In this document: positions 17,431 through 27,235 of the stretch, one piece after another
How the letters are laid out: every line of letters begins with the position of its first letter
How positions within the stretch are numbered: position 1 is the stretch's first letter
The notes under the pieces: model-generated
What the model saw: only the letters and a program-made list of their open reading frames with translations
What the model was told of the DNA's origin: nothing
Databases searched by the model: none
Translations under genes and position numbers: made by a program
Source of the DNA: Gemmatimonadales bacterium
GTDB taxonomy: Bacteria > Gemmatimonadota > Gemmatimonadetes > Gemmatimonadales > GWC2-71-9
Reading direction: 5' to 3'
Assembly: GCA_044229445.1 (NCBI GenBank)
Contig: JBGASX010000011.1
Coordinates: 7,712-71,711 of the forward strand
Length of the DNA: 64,000 bases

Positions 17431-19389
17431 ATGAGCGCCATCTGCGCCCTGTTCCGCTTCGACGGCGCCCCCGTCACCCCGGCGCGTATCGGCAGGCTGC
17501 TCGAGGGGCTCGCCGAGTACGGCACCGATGCCACGAGCTGGGCGCCCGAGCGGATCGAGAGCCCGGTCGCCCTCGGGTGCCGGCCCTGGCACGTCACGCC
17601 GGAGGATGCCTGGTACCGTCCGCCGCTGCTCTCCCGCGATGGATCCTGCGTGCTGGTGGCCGACGCCCGCATCGACAACCGGGTGGAGCTCGGCGCGGCG
17701 CTTGGCATTGCCGCGGCGGAGGCCGCGCATCTCCCCGATGCGGCCTTCATCCTCGCCGCGTACGAGGCGTGGGGAGAGGCCGCGCCGCGACGGCTGGTGG
17801 GTGACTTCGCCTTCGTGCTCTGGGACCAGAAGCGCCGGACGCTCTTTGCCGCGCGGGACGGCGTCGGCATGCGTGTCCTCTTCTACCACCACTCCCCAGG
17901 ACAGCTCGCGCTCGCGACCTCCGCGCATGCGCTGACTCTCCTCCCGGAGATCCGCGCGAAGCTGAACCTGCAGAAGGTGGCCGAGTTCCTCGTGCTGCTG
18001 CCGAGCCAGGAGGGGACGTTCTACGAGGGCATCCTGCGCCTGCCGCCCGGACACACACTGACCGCCACGGTCGATGGGATGCGTCTCGAGCAGTTCTGGT
18101 CCCCGGAGCCGAAGCGGGTGCTCCGGCTCCATTCCGATCGGGAGTACGAAGAGGGTTTTCTGGAGGTCTTCGGTGAGGCGGTACGGGCGCGGCTGCGCTC
18201 GGCGGGTCCGCTCGCAATCATGGCGAGCGGGGGCCTCGACTCCTCCTCCGTCGCGGCCGTCGCGGCGACCCAGCTCCGGGCGGAGGGACGGACACTGCCC
18301 ACCTATCACGCCGCCCCGAGAGCCGGCTTCCAGGGAGCGGTGGCGCGCGGGATGGTCGCCGATGAATCCGGCGACGTCGAAGCGATCGCCCGCCTGCATC
18401 CGAACATCGACCTCCGGATCCGTCGCACCGGCGGTCGCACCCCCTTCGACGACATCGAAACCTCCTTTCTCATGACCGGCTCGCCGCCGCGCAACCCGGT
18501 GAACGTCGCCTGGTTCGACGGCATCTACGCGGCCGCGAGCGAGGAGGGGTTCCGGGTGATGCTCGCGGGACACAAGGGGAATGCGACCATCAGCTACAAC
18601 GGCCTCCGATCGCTGCCGGACGCGGTGCGCCACGGCCACTGGACCCACGCGTGGCACGAGGCCTGTGCACTCGCGCGCGCCACCGGCACGGGGCGCCGGG
18701 ATGTCTTCCGGAACCGGGTCTTCGCCCCTCTCGCACCGCCGATGCTCTCGGCCATGACCCGGCGCCTGGCTGGGGCTCAACCACTGCCGGCCTGGGATTC
18801 CGCGGCCTCGGCGGTCAATGGCGACTTTGCGCGGAGCATCGGGCTCGCCGCTCGGATGCAGACGGCCCGGCGCGATGAATCCAGCGTGGGACGGCTCGGG
18901 GACATCGACTACCGCATCGCGATCCTGCGGGGCGGCGCCGACGTGCTCGACACCTACAGCGGCTTCCGCCCCTGGTTCGGGATCGAAACCCGCGATCCCA
19001 CCGGCGACCAGCGCGTGATCGAATACTGCTTCTCCGTCCCGGGATCGCAGTACCTGCACGACGGCGTCACCCGCTCGCTCGTCCGCCGCGCGATGGCGGG
19101 CAAGCTCCCCGACCAGGTGCGCCACCGCACCACCATCGGTGGCCAGAGTTCGGACTGGGCCGAATGGCTCCCGTCGTTGCGCGCGCTCTTTGCGGCGGAA
19201 CTCGACCTGCTCGAGCGTTCCGAGACCGCGAACCGCTGTCTCGACCTTCCCCGACTCCGCAGCCTGGTCGAGTTCTGGCCGGCCCAGCTCACCAACAGAC
19301 ATCGCAACGACTACCTGCTGCTGCTGCCGCGCGGCATCATGATGGGCCGGTTCATCCGCTGGTTCGAGACGACCTACTCCTCTCTATGA
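17431..19389 (+). CDS. lasso cyclase (asparagine synthetase B-like, C protein)
   Basis: 652 aa with an AsnB-like N-terminus MSAICALFRF. The ATP-pyrophosphatase motif is LAIMASGGLDSSSVAA. Confidence 0.85.
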   Translation: MSAICALFRFDGAPVTPARIGRLLEGLAEYGTDATSWAPERIESPVALGCRPWHVTPEDAWYRPPLLSRDGSCVLVADARIDNRVELGAALGIAAAEAAHLPDAAFILAAYEAWGEAAPRRLVGDFAFVLWDQKRRTLFAARDGVGMRVLFYHHSPGQLALATSAHALTLLPEIRAKLNLQKVAEFLVLLPSQEGTFYEGILRLPPGHTLTATVDGMRLEQFWSPEPKRVLRLHSDREYEEGFLEVFGEAVRARLRSAGPLAIMASGGLDSSSVAAVAATQLRAEGRTLPTYHAAPRAGFQGAVARGMVADESGDVEAIARLHPNIDLRIRRTGGRTPFDDIETSFLMTGSPPRNPVNVAWFDGIYAAASEEGFRVMLAGHKGNATISYNGLRSLPDAVRHGHWTHAWHEACALARATGTGRRDVFRNRVFAPLAPPMLSAMTRRLAGAQPLPAWDSAASAVNGDFARSIGLAARMQTARRDESSVGRLGDIDYRIAILRGGADVLDTYSGFRPWFGIETRDPTGDQRVIEYCFSVPGSQYLHDGVTRSLVRRAMAGKLPDQVRHRTTIGGQSSDWAEWLPSLRALFAAELDLLERSETANRCLDLPRLRSLVEFWPAQLTNRHRNDYLLLLPRGIMMGRFIRWFETTYSSL

Positions 19390-21197
19390 CCAGCGACGAG
19401 CGCAACACCGGCCGGCTGTTCGACCTCAGCCCCCTCCGCCAGGGGCTCGCGCTGGTGTGGCAGAGCGGCCGCGGCTGGACCGCGCTGCAGATCCTGCTGC
19501 TGGTCCTTGCGAGCGTGGTGCCGCTCGTCGCGCTCTACCTCACCAAGGAAGTCATCGACACGGTCGCGCACGCCCTCGGCGGCGGGCCGCGCGATCTCGG
19601 CCGCCTCACCCTCCTGCTGGCGCTGGCCGGCGCCGTCGCCGTCGCCGCCGCGGGGCTCAGACTCCTCTCGGCGCTGGTCACCGAGGTGCAGGGCGCGAAG
19701 CTCAGCGACCGGGTGCAGGAGGTGCTCCACGAGAAGTCGGTGCTGGTCGATCTGGAGTTCTACGAGAACGCCGAGTACCACGACACGATGCATCGCGCCC
19801 AGGCCGAGGCGCCCTATCGCCCGGCCGCGATCGTCGCGTCCTGCGCGCAGGTGATGCAGGGCGGGCTTTCGCTGCTCGCGGTCGTCGGCCTTCTGATCGC
19901 CTTCCACTGGCTCCTGGTCGTGGCCCTCCTCGCCTCGGCGCTGCCGGGGCTCTTCGTGAAGGTCCGGTACTCCAGCCGCCTGTATCGCTGGATGCGGGAG
20001 CAGACGGCGCTGCAGCGGCTGACCCGGTATCTCAACGGCCTGCTCACGTCGATCGAGTCCGCCAAGGAGATCCGCCTCTTCGATCTTGGCGACGAACTGC
20101 GCGGACGCCATCGGGCGCTTCGGCAGAAGAGCATGCACGACAAGCTGCAGCTCGCGCGGCGACGGACCGGCCTCGAGTTAATCGCCCAGCTGATCTCGGT
20201 CACGGCGGTGTTCGGCGCGATGTTCGTGATCGCGCGGCGCGCCCTCGCCGGTGCGGTGACCGTGGGCGACATGGTCATGTACTTCGGCGCCTTCCAGCGC
20301 GCCCAGGACTTCTTCCGCGACCTGCTGGCCGGGCTCGCCGGGCTGTACGAGGACAATCTCTTCCTGACCGACTTCAAGCGGTTCGTGGAGCTCCGGCCGA
20401 CGGTCGTCGACCCGGCGCACCCGCGCGCCTATCCCCGCCCGCTCCGGCGCGGCATCGAGTTCGAGCAGGTGAGCTTCCGGTATCCGGGCACCGAGACCGA
20501 CGTCCTCACCGACGTGAGCTTCACGATCCACCCGGGCGAGCACGTCGCCGTGGTCGGCGAGAACGGCTCCGGCAAGACCACGCTCGTGAAGCTGCTCTGC
20601 CGCCTGTACGACCCGACCCGCGGCATCATCCGGATCGACGGCACCGACCTCCGTGACCTCCGCCTCGCCGATGTGCGCGCGGAGCTCGCCGTCGTCTTCC
20701 AGGACTATGCCCGCTACCAGCTCAGCGCCCGCGACAACATCTGGTTAGGCAACGCGACGCTCCCCGCGGACTCGCCACGCATCGCCGAAGCGGCCTGCCG
20801 GACTGGAGCGGACGCCATCATCCGCGGGCTCCCCCTCGGCTACGACACCGTCCTCTCGCGGCAGTTCGAGCAGGGGACCGACCTGAGTCTCGGCCAGTGG
20901 CAGAAGCTGGCGCTCGCCCGGGCCTTCCTCCGGGACAGCCAGCTCCTCGTGCTGGACGAGCCCACGGCGGCACTCGACCCGAAGGCGGAAGCGGAAGTCT
21001 TCGACCAGTTCCATGAGCTGGCCGAGGGGCGCACCGCCGTCGTGATCAGTCACCGGCTCTCGACAGTGCGGCACGCCGACCGGATCCTGGTCCTCGTGAA
21101 CGGGCAGGTGGCGGAAGCGGGGGCGCACAACGAACTGGTGGAACGCGCCGGCGTCTATGCCCGGCTCTTCGAGACGCAGGCGAGGGCCTACCGATGA
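19386..21197 (+). CDS. ABC exporter, fused TMD-NBD (lasso D protein type)
   Basis: ATG 19386 overlaps the cyclase stop (ATGA). The N-terminal half has six TM segments. Walker A GENGSGKTT, signature LSLGQWQK and Walker B LLVLDEPTAALD are present. The track start 19164 is an in-frame upstream extension inside the cyclase gene. Confidence 0.85.
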   Translation: MTSDERNTGRLFDLSPLRQGLALVWQSGRGWTALQILLLVLASVVPLVALYLTKEVIDTVAHALGGGPRDLGRLTLLLALAGAVAVAAAGLRLLSALVTEVQGAKLSDRVQEVLHEKSVLVDLEFYENAEYHDTMHRAQAEAPYRPAAIVASCAQVMQGGLSLLAVVGLLIAFHWLLVVALLASALPGLFVKVRYSSRLYRWMREQTALQRLTRYLNGLLTSIESAKEIRLFDLGDELRGRHRALRQKSMHDKLQLARRRTGLELIAQLISVTAVFGAMFVIARRALAGAVTVGDMVMYFGAFQRAQDFFRDLLAGLAGLYEDNLFLTDFKRFVELRPTVVDPAHPRAYPRPLRRGIEFEQVSFRYPGTETDVLTDVSFTIHPGEHVAVVGENGSGKTTLVKLLCRLYDPTRGIIRIDGTDLRDLRLADVRAELAVVFQDYARYQLSARDNIWLGNATLPADSPRIAEAACRTGADAIIRGLPLGYDTVLSRQFEQGTDLSLGQWQKLALARAFLRDSQLLVLDEPTAALDPKAEAEVFDQFHELAEGRTAVVISHRLSTVRHADRILVLVNGQVAEAGAHNELVERAGVYARLFETQARAYR

Positions 21198-22453
21198 CCA
21201 GCACGACGTTGGACACTTCGCCCTGCGATGCCGAGGCGCAGCGCGCCTGGCTCGATCTGCTCCGTGACGAGAGTGGCCTCAGCCTGACGCTCAGCGACCA
21301 TCAGTGGGACTGCCTCGCCGACGAAGCCACGCGGCACCACCTGCGCGGGGTGACCTACCGCCGGATGGCCGACAGTCCTTTCGCCGCCCGGGTGCCGGCC
21401 GCCGTCTGGGACCGGTTGCGCTCCTCCTATCTCGAGACCGCGGGACGCAACGCCGTGCTGTTCCGACAGACCAGCCGTATCGTGACCGAGCTCGCGGCAC
21501 GGGGCATTCCGGTGATTCTGCTCAAGGGGATGCATCTCGCGCGGTACGTCTATGCCGACCCCGGGCTCCGCAGCATGGCCGACGTGGACATCATGGTGCG
21601 AACGGAGCATCTGGCCGAAACCGAGCGCGTCTTCCTCGAGCACGGCTTCGGCCCCCTGCCGCGGCCTGGCATCAAGGAGTGGTGTCGCACCAACCATCAC
21701 CTGGCCAAGCTGCGGAAGGATGGCGCACCCGAGGTCGAGGTGCACTGGAACATCCAGCGGCCGACGGGACCCTTCCAGATCGACGTGGAAGGCCTCTGGC
21801 AGCGCTCCGTGCCCGCGATGCTGGACGGAGCGCCGGTTCGGCTGCTCTCGGCCGAGGATCTGCTGCTGCACCTGACCATCCACCTCTCGCACCAGCACCA
21901 CTTCCGGCGCGCGGCGCTCAAGGGGCTGGTGGACATCAGCACGCTGATCTTCGCCGAGGGAAGCAGGCTCGACTGGTCGCTGCTCGCGGCACGGGCGCGC
22001 GCCTGGGGGGCGTCTGGCGTGCTCTTTACCACCCTTCGCCTGACGACCGAGCTGCTGGGCACGCCCGTGCCGGCGGATGTCTTTGCGATGCTGCCGCACG
22101 AGGCGCGTGACGAGGAGATCGTCGGCGTGGCGCGCCGCTACATCCTCACCTTGTATGCCGTGGTGCCGACGGCGTACCAGAAGCTCGCGCACCAGGCTTC
22201 GCCCAGTGAACGCATCAAGCTCCTCGTCTCGGCCCTCTTCCTTCCCAGGGAGCGCATGGAGGAGATCTACGGCCTGCGTGCGGGATCGCCGCTCCTTTAT
22301 CCCTGCTACCTGCTGCGACTCGTCAGCCTCGCCTGGAATCGCGGCGACCTCCTGCGGCAGAGCCTCTTCCGCGGCCCGGCGATTCGGCAGGCGCTCAACC
22401 GGGAACGGGATCTCGAGACCCTCGAGCAGTGGAGCTCCACCTCACCCGGGTAG
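21194..22453 (+). CDS. nucleotidyltransferase family protein (NTP_transf_5-like)
   Basis: The start overlaps the ABC exporter stop (ATGA). The motif region is ILLKGMHLARYVYADPGLRSMADVDIMV. This is the last gene of the lasso operon. Confidence 0.7.
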   Translation: MTSTTLDTSPCDAEAQRAWLDLLRDESGLSLTLSDHQWDCLADEATRHHLRGVTYRRMADSPFAARVPAAVWDRLRSSYLETAGRNAVLFRQTSRIVTELAARGIPVILLKGMHLARYVYADPGLRSMADVDIMVRTEHLAETERVFLEHGFGPLPRPGIKEWCRTNHHLAKLRKDGAPEVEVHWNIQRPTGPFQIDVEGLWQRSVPAMLDGAPVRLLSAEDLLLHLTIHLSHQHHFRRAALKGLVDISTLIFAEGSRLDWSLLAARARAWGASGVLFTTLRLTTELLGTPVPADVFAMLPHEARDEEIVGVARRYILTLYAVVPTAYQKLAHQASPSERIKLLVSALFLPRERMEEIYGLRAGSPLLYPCYLLRLVSLAWNRGDLLRQSLFRGPAIRQALNRERDLETLEQWSSTSPG

Positions 22454-24015
22454 AAACGACGGGCGCCCCCTGCGGTGAAGAGCAGTCCACCCGTCACCGG
22501 CACCGGCACCAGCCGGTTCGTATTGCTGCCATCGCCGAGTTGCCCGCGGGCGTTGTTGCCCCAGCACCAGGCGCTCCCGCCAGACGTCAGACCGCACGTA
22601 TGGCTCTCGCCGGCAGCCAGCTCGCTGAACGACATACCGCCCGCGACTGCCGTGGGCAGGAGCCGGTCGGTCGTGGTGCCGTCTCCCAGCTGTCCGCCGC
22701 CCCCGTATACCGGATCGGCACTATTGCGGCCCCAGCACATCGCCGCACCGGACGTCAGGAGGCCGCAGGTGTGGAAACCGCCGCCCATGAGCGAGGTGAA
22801 GGTCAGCCCGCCCGCGACCGGCACCGGGAGGTTCCGGGACGTGGTCGTGCCATCACCGAGCTGGCCGTACCGGTTGTCGCCCCAGCAGTAGGCCGCACCA
22901 CTCGCCGTGAGGCCGCAGGTCTGCCCGTAGCCGAGCGCCAGCGCCGTGAAGCGGTAGCCGCCTGACACGGCGGTCGGCTGGTACCGGTTGGTGAAGGTGC
23001 CGTCGCCGAGCTGGCCCTCGTTGTTCTGGCCCCAGCAGTACGCCTGACCGCCGCTCACCAGGGCACAGGTCGCATTGGCCCCCGCGAGGATCGTGGTGAA
23101 GCGCAGCCCGCCGATCACCGCGACCGGGGTGTTGCGGTGGATCGTCGTGCCATCGCCGACGACGCCGTTGTCGTTGTTCCCCCAGCACCAGGCCGCGCCT
23201 CCCGCAACCAGCCCGCAGCCGCCCCAGGTACGGGTCTCAAGCAGGATGAACCGATGTTCACCGGCGATCGGCGTCGGCACATGACGGGTATCATTGGTCC
23301 CGTCGCCGAGGTCGCCGAAGCTGTTGAAGCCCCAGCAGTACCCGAGGCCGGTGCCGGTGAGCCCGCAGCTGTGCCAGTAGCCCCCCGACAACGAGACGAA
23401 CGGGAGATTGCCGCTCACCAGCGTCGGCACATTGCGCGGCAGGGTCGTGCCATCGCCGAGATCGCCCGCGGTGTTGTCGCCCCAGCAGTAGGACTGGCCA
23501 TCACTGGAAATGCCGCAGGTCTGAAAGGAACCCGCCGCCAGGAGGGTGCGCGCCGTCGCGGTGGCAGTGAAGGTCGCGAACACCTCCTTGTCGCCGAGCG
23601 CGGTCACCCCGCGCACCTCGAGCGACTGCCGCACGCCGGCGACGGGGCCGAGCGTCCAGTAGTCGCTGGCGCGGCCGAGCCGGTCGGTGAGCGCCGAGCC
23701 GGCGAACACGCTGCCGCCACCGGCGGTGACGCGGAAGTTGACCACGATTCCCGCCAGCGGGACGCCGGCAGGCGAGACCGCCTTCACGGTGAGCGGAATC
23801 GGCAATTCGAGACCGGCCGGACCGGTCTGATGATCCCCACCCAGCACCAGCAGCGTCATTCCCGCGGGATCGACTGGGGCCACCGCAGACTCGGCGCAGG
23901 ATTGCGTGAAGATCCCGAGCGCGGCGAGCGCCAGCAGGCGTCGCGCCGAGCGGAGCGGTGCGTCAAGCGGGTGATAGGCGTGGTGAACGGAGGGCAATGG
24001 CAGGTTGGACCACAT
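22306..24015 (-). CDS. RCC1-repeat lipoprotein with Ig-like domain
   Basis: The signal/lipobox is RRLLALAALGIFTQSCAES. An Ig-like segment (PIPLTVKAVSPAGVPLAGIVVNFRVTAGGG) follows. Many RCC1 blades carry CG(L/I)...G.AYCWG.N..GQLGDGT. I prefer ATG 24015, which has GAAGGGGG upstream; the track start is 24060. The last ~50 codons are Arg-rich and overlap the convergent gene. Confidence 0.8.
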   Translation of the reverse strand: MWSNLPLPSVHHAYHPLDAPLRSARRLLALAALGIFTQSCAESAVAPVDPAGMTLLVLGGDHQTGPAGLELPIPLTVKAVSPAGVPLAGIVVNFRVTAGGGSVFAGSALTDRLGRASDYWTLGPVAGVRQSLEVRGVTALGDKEVFATFTATATARTLLAAGSFQTCGISSDGQSYCWGDNTAGDLGDGTTLPRNVPTLVSGNLPFVSLSGGYWHSCGLTGTGLGYCWGFNSFGDLGDGTNDTRHVPTPIAGEHRFILLETRTWGGCGLVAGGAAWCWGNNDNGVVGDGTTIHRNTPVAVIGGLRFTTILAGANATCALVSGGQAYCWGQNNEGQLGDGTFTNRYQPTAVSGGYRFTALALGYGQTCGLTASGAAYCWGDNRYGQLGDGTTTSRNLPVPVAGGLTFTSLMGGGFHTCGLLTSGAAMCWGRNSADPVYGGGGQLGDGTTTDRLLPTAVAGGMSFSELAAGESHTCGLTSGGSAWCWGNNARGQLGDGSNTNRLVPVPVTGGLLFTAGGARRFYPGEVELHCSRVSRSRSRLSACRIAGPRKRLCRRRSPRFQARLTSRSR

Positions 24016-24146
24016 GGAGACCCCCTTCGCGGCGCGGGTACGTACCCGCCAGGTCGTCATCCCTGTGGGGGCCCCACTGGCACACTGCGGAGTCTCGTCG
24101 CCACCGGGGTGACGTTGAGCGAAGGGTCAACCTTACCGTCGCTGAC

Positions 24147-26240
24147 ATGAAAGTGCCGGGAACGAACGATGAGAGGGTTTGCAGGGTCGCGGTGCGCCGC
24201 GCCCATGCGACCACACATCCTCGATCCACTCTGGCGCAGAGCGGAATTCCGTCCGAGATTCAGTCATCCCCCTCACGGGAGATCCAGCTGGTGGATGCTC
24301 CTTCCCCCCTCTGGTCGGCCCTCACCGACCGGTATCGCCTCGAACGTGAACTGGGCCGCGGTGGCATGGCCACCGTCTACCTCGTGCACGACCTTCGGCA
24401 CGACCGTCAGGTCGCGATCAAGGTCCTGCGCCCGGAGCTGGCCGCCGTCCTCGGCCGCGAGCGATTCCTGGCCGAGATCCAGGTTACCGCGAAGCTCGAC
24501 CACCCCCACATCCTGACGCTGCTCGACTCCGGCGAGGACGGTGGCTTCCTCTGGTATGCGCTGCCGTATGTCCGGGGCGAGTCGCTCCGTGCCCGCCTCG
24601 AGCGCGAGCACCAGCTCGGCGTGAGCGAGGCACTCACCATCGCGGCCGACATCGCCTCCGCGCTCGACTACGCCCACCAGCAGGGTGTCATTCACCGGGA
24701 CGTGAAGCCCGAGAACATCCTGCTGCATGAGGGCGAGGCGATGCTCACCGACTTCGGCATCGCCCTCGCGATCCGCGAGGCCGCGGGCGACCGCCTGACG
24801 GAGACCGGGCTCAGCGTGGGCACGCCCCGCTACATGAGTCCCGAGCAGGCCACCGCCGACCGCCGTCTCGACGCGCGCACCGACATCTACAGCCTCGGCG
24901 CGGTGAGCTACGAGATGCTGGCCGGCGAGCCTCCCTTCACCGGCACCACGGCGCAGGCCATCATCACCCGGGTGATCACTGCCCCGCCTACTCCGCTCCG
25001 CGCGCTCCGCGACAGCGTGCCGGCGGCCGCCGAGGCCGCGATCACCCGCGCGCTCGCCAAGCTGCCGGCGGACCGCTTCCCCTCCGCCGCGGCCTTCGGC
25101 GCCGCCCTCCGTGCCGAGCAACCAGCGCACGTGACGCCGAGAAGCATGTCACCCTGGCTCTGGCTCGCCGCCGCCGGCGCGGTGGTGCTGGTCCTCTACC
25201 TGATGCTTCCGCGCCATGCGACGTCCGCATCGACCGGCGCGGAACGCGCCGCCACGATGGCGCGGGCGCAGCGCGGGCTTGATCGGCGCACCAGTGCGGG
25301 AACGGTCGAGGCCGTCGCCGAGTACGGCGCCGTCATCCGGCGCGACTCGAGCTACGCGCCGGCGTGGAGCGGACTGGGGAAGACGTACGTCCGCGCCTAC
25401 TTCCGGAACTTCACCCTGCCTGGCGTTCCGCACGACAGTCTCCTTGCGCTCGCGGTCCGCTCCGTGGAGCGGGCGCTCGCCGCCGACTCCACCTCTGCCG
25501 ACGCGTGGGTCGCGCAGGCCATGGTCCGCCGCTCCGTCGATCCGACCGACATGACGCCGGCGCTTCGCGCGATCCGTCGCGCGATCAGCCTCGACTCGAT
25601 GTCCGGCGCGGCCTGGCAGACCGCGGCCATGATCTTCGCCGACCGCGGTGACATGTCGGCGGCCATGGAAGCGTGGACGCGCAGTACGACGGTCGCACCG
25701 GCCTATGCCGAGGGGGCGGCGTTCCGGGGACAGGGATATTTCTGGCGGCGTCAGTTCGACAGCGCGGAGGTCTGGGCGGACAGTGCGATCACCCTGGATC
25801 CGGATTACATCTTCGCGCGCACCATTCGCGGATACGTGGCGGTCGAGCGCGGCGACTTCGCGAAGGGCGCAGACGCCTTTGACGCCGCGCGGCGCCTGGG
25901 CGACGACATCGAAATCGTCAACGCCCTCGCCGGCCGGGCCCTCGCCGAGGCGCGCGCCGGCCGGACCAGCGAGGCGCGACAGCTGCTCGGTCGCGCCGAT
26001 TCACTGGGTGCCAGCTACCACCCGACACCGCTGCATACCGCGATCGATATCGCGGAAGCCTACGTCGGACTGCGCGATACCGGCCATGCACTGGCCTGGC
26101 TCACCCGGGTGGAGCAGCCGCACGACCTGCACTTCCAGCTCCATCTGCGCTGTGACGCCCCGCTGGATCCCATCGCCAGCGACCCGCGATTCCGCAGGCT
26201 GCTGCTCACTCCCCGACCGCCCCGAAACGCCGCCTGCTGA
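24147..26240 (+). CDS. Ser/Thr protein kinase with TM segment and C-terminal TPR-like region
   Basis: Kinase motifs are present: GRGGMATVYL, AIKVL, HRDVKPENILL, DFGIA and MSPEQ. The TM segment is WLWLAAAGAVVLVLYLML, followed by TPR-like repeats. The start is uncertain. The first ATG clear of the RCC1 gene is 24147; the track start is 23958. Confidence 0.85.
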   Translation: MKVPGTNDERVCRVAVRRAHATTHPRSTLAQSGIPSEIQSSPSREIQLVDAPSPLWSALTDRYRLERELGRGGMATVYLVHDLRHDRQVAIKVLRPELAAVLGRERFLAEIQVTAKLDHPHILTLLDSGEDGGFLWYALPYVRGESLRARLEREHQLGVSEALTIAADIASALDYAHQQGVIHRDVKPENILLHEGEAMLTDFGIALAIREAAGDRLTETGLSVGTPRYMSPEQATADRRLDARTDIYSLGAVSYEMLAGEPPFTGTTAQAIITRVITAPPTPLRALRDSVPAAAEAAITRALAKLPADRFPSAAAFGAALRAEQPAHVTPRSMSPWLWLAAAGAVVLVLYLMLPRHATSASTGAERAATMARAQRGLDRRTSAGTVEAVAEYGAVIRRDSSYAPAWSGLGKTYVRAYFRNFTLPGVPHDSLLALAVRSVERALAADSTSADAWVAQAMVRRSVDPTDMTPALRAIRRAISLDSMSGAAWQTAAMIFADRGDMSAAMEAWTRSTTVAPAYAEGAAFRGQGYFWRRQFDSAEVWADSAITLDPDYIFARTIRGYVAVERGDFAKGADAFDAARRLGDDIEIVNALAGRALAEARAGRTSEARQLLGRADSLGASYHPTPLHTAIDIAEAYVGLRDTGHALAWLTRVEQPHDLHFQLHLRCDAPLDPIASDPRFRRLLLTPRPPRNAAC

Positions 26241-26242
26241 CA

Positions 26243-26279
26243 CACAGCGCGCCCCGGCCACTGGCCGGGGCGCGCTGTG
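26243..26279. terminator. bidirectional intrinsic-terminator-like hairpin (17-bp perfect stem, 3-nt loop)
   Basis: CACAGCGCGCCCCGGCC (26243-26259), loop ACT, GGCCGGGGCGCGCTGTG (26263-26279). It lies between convergent gene ends 26240 (+) and 26309 (-). Confidence 0.7.
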
Positions 26280-26308
26280 CTGCTATGACCGCGAGTCCGC
26301 TGTCGCGC

Positions 26309-27235
26309 TCAGCTCGCCGCTGTCACCGTGAAGGACACCGTCGCCGAGCCGTTGGCGGCCACGGTGACGGTGCCCGGCAGCGTCGGGCTGGTCGTGAAGG
26401 TCGTGAGTCCCGCTGGCGGTGTGATCGTCACGGCGTAATCCCCCGGGGCGACATGCAGCAGGTTCGCGGTGTAAACGCCATCGCCGTCGGCATCGGTGAA
26501 GGTCGCCGTGCGGGCGATCCCATCGCTGCCGGTGAAGGTGGCGGTAAAGTCCCCCAGGGTGAGCTGGACCTGGTTGATGATCGGCAGGGTCACCTGCGCG
26601 CCGAGCGACAGATTGACCGCCGCACTGCCCGTGAGCGAGATGCTGGCACCGGTGATCACCGGATGCATCACCCACATGCCCGAGTTGCCGGCCTGCTGAC
26701 CGAAGCTCTGCGAGACATCGAAGTCGATCACCAGGATCGTGGAGCCACCATCGGCGATCGTCAGCTTGTCACCGGGCAGCGTGATCTTGAGCCCGCTCTG
26801 CGCGAGACTCGGCATCTGCAGCGATCCGGTGACCGTCGCGCCCTGCGGGAGCCCGGCGTAGGCCGGATCGGACGCGTAGATGCTCGACGTGCCGTTGCCG
26901 TTGTCCACCTCGACATACCCGCCACTGATCTTGAACCGGAGCTGTGAATAGGTCCCCGCCGGCACCACGACGCTGTCGAGCAGCGTCGCGGCATCGCTGG
27001 CCAGGGTGAGCAGGTTGGTCGTGACGGGCGTGCTCATGAGCACCGTGGTCCCGCCGCTCCCCTGCAGGTCGATCTCGCTGATGGTGACCACCGCGGCGAG
27101 CACATCGCCCGGGGCGTCCTTGAGCACCAGGGAGAGGTGGCCGGTGCCTGCGGGGCTGGTGCTGTCACTGCAGCCGGCGAGTCCGGCAAGCAGCGCCAGC
27201 GCACTCAACCGCAGCATGGAAGCATATCGACTCAT
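26309..27235 (-). CDS. DUF4382-like lipoprotein
   Basis: The lipobox is LSALALLAGLAGCSDS. GHLSLVLKDAPGDVLAAVVTISEIDLQG matches the usual N-terminal pattern of DUF4382. The remainder is beta-rich. Confidence 0.65.
   Translation of the reverse strand: MSRYASMLRLSALALLAGLAGCSDSTSPAGTGHLSLVLKDAPGDVLAAVVTISEIDLQGSGGTTVLMSTPVTTNLLTLASDAATLLDSVVVPAGTYSQLRFKISGGYVEVDNGNGTSSIYASDPAYAGLPQGATVTGSLQMPSLAQSGLKITLPGDKLTIADGGSTILVIDFDVSQSFGQQAGNSGMWVMHPVITGASISLTGSAAVNLSLGAQVTLPIINQVQLTLGDFTATFTGSDGIARTATFTDADGDGVYTANLLHVAPGDYAVTITPPAGLTTFTTSPTLPGTVTVAANGSATVSFTVTAAS

Noticed and set aside
16873-19302. 809-aa minus-strand ORF across the lasso B1/B2/C genes
   Set aside because: It is antisense to three genes with recognisable family motifs, and its product is Arg/Gly/Glu-rich with no motif.
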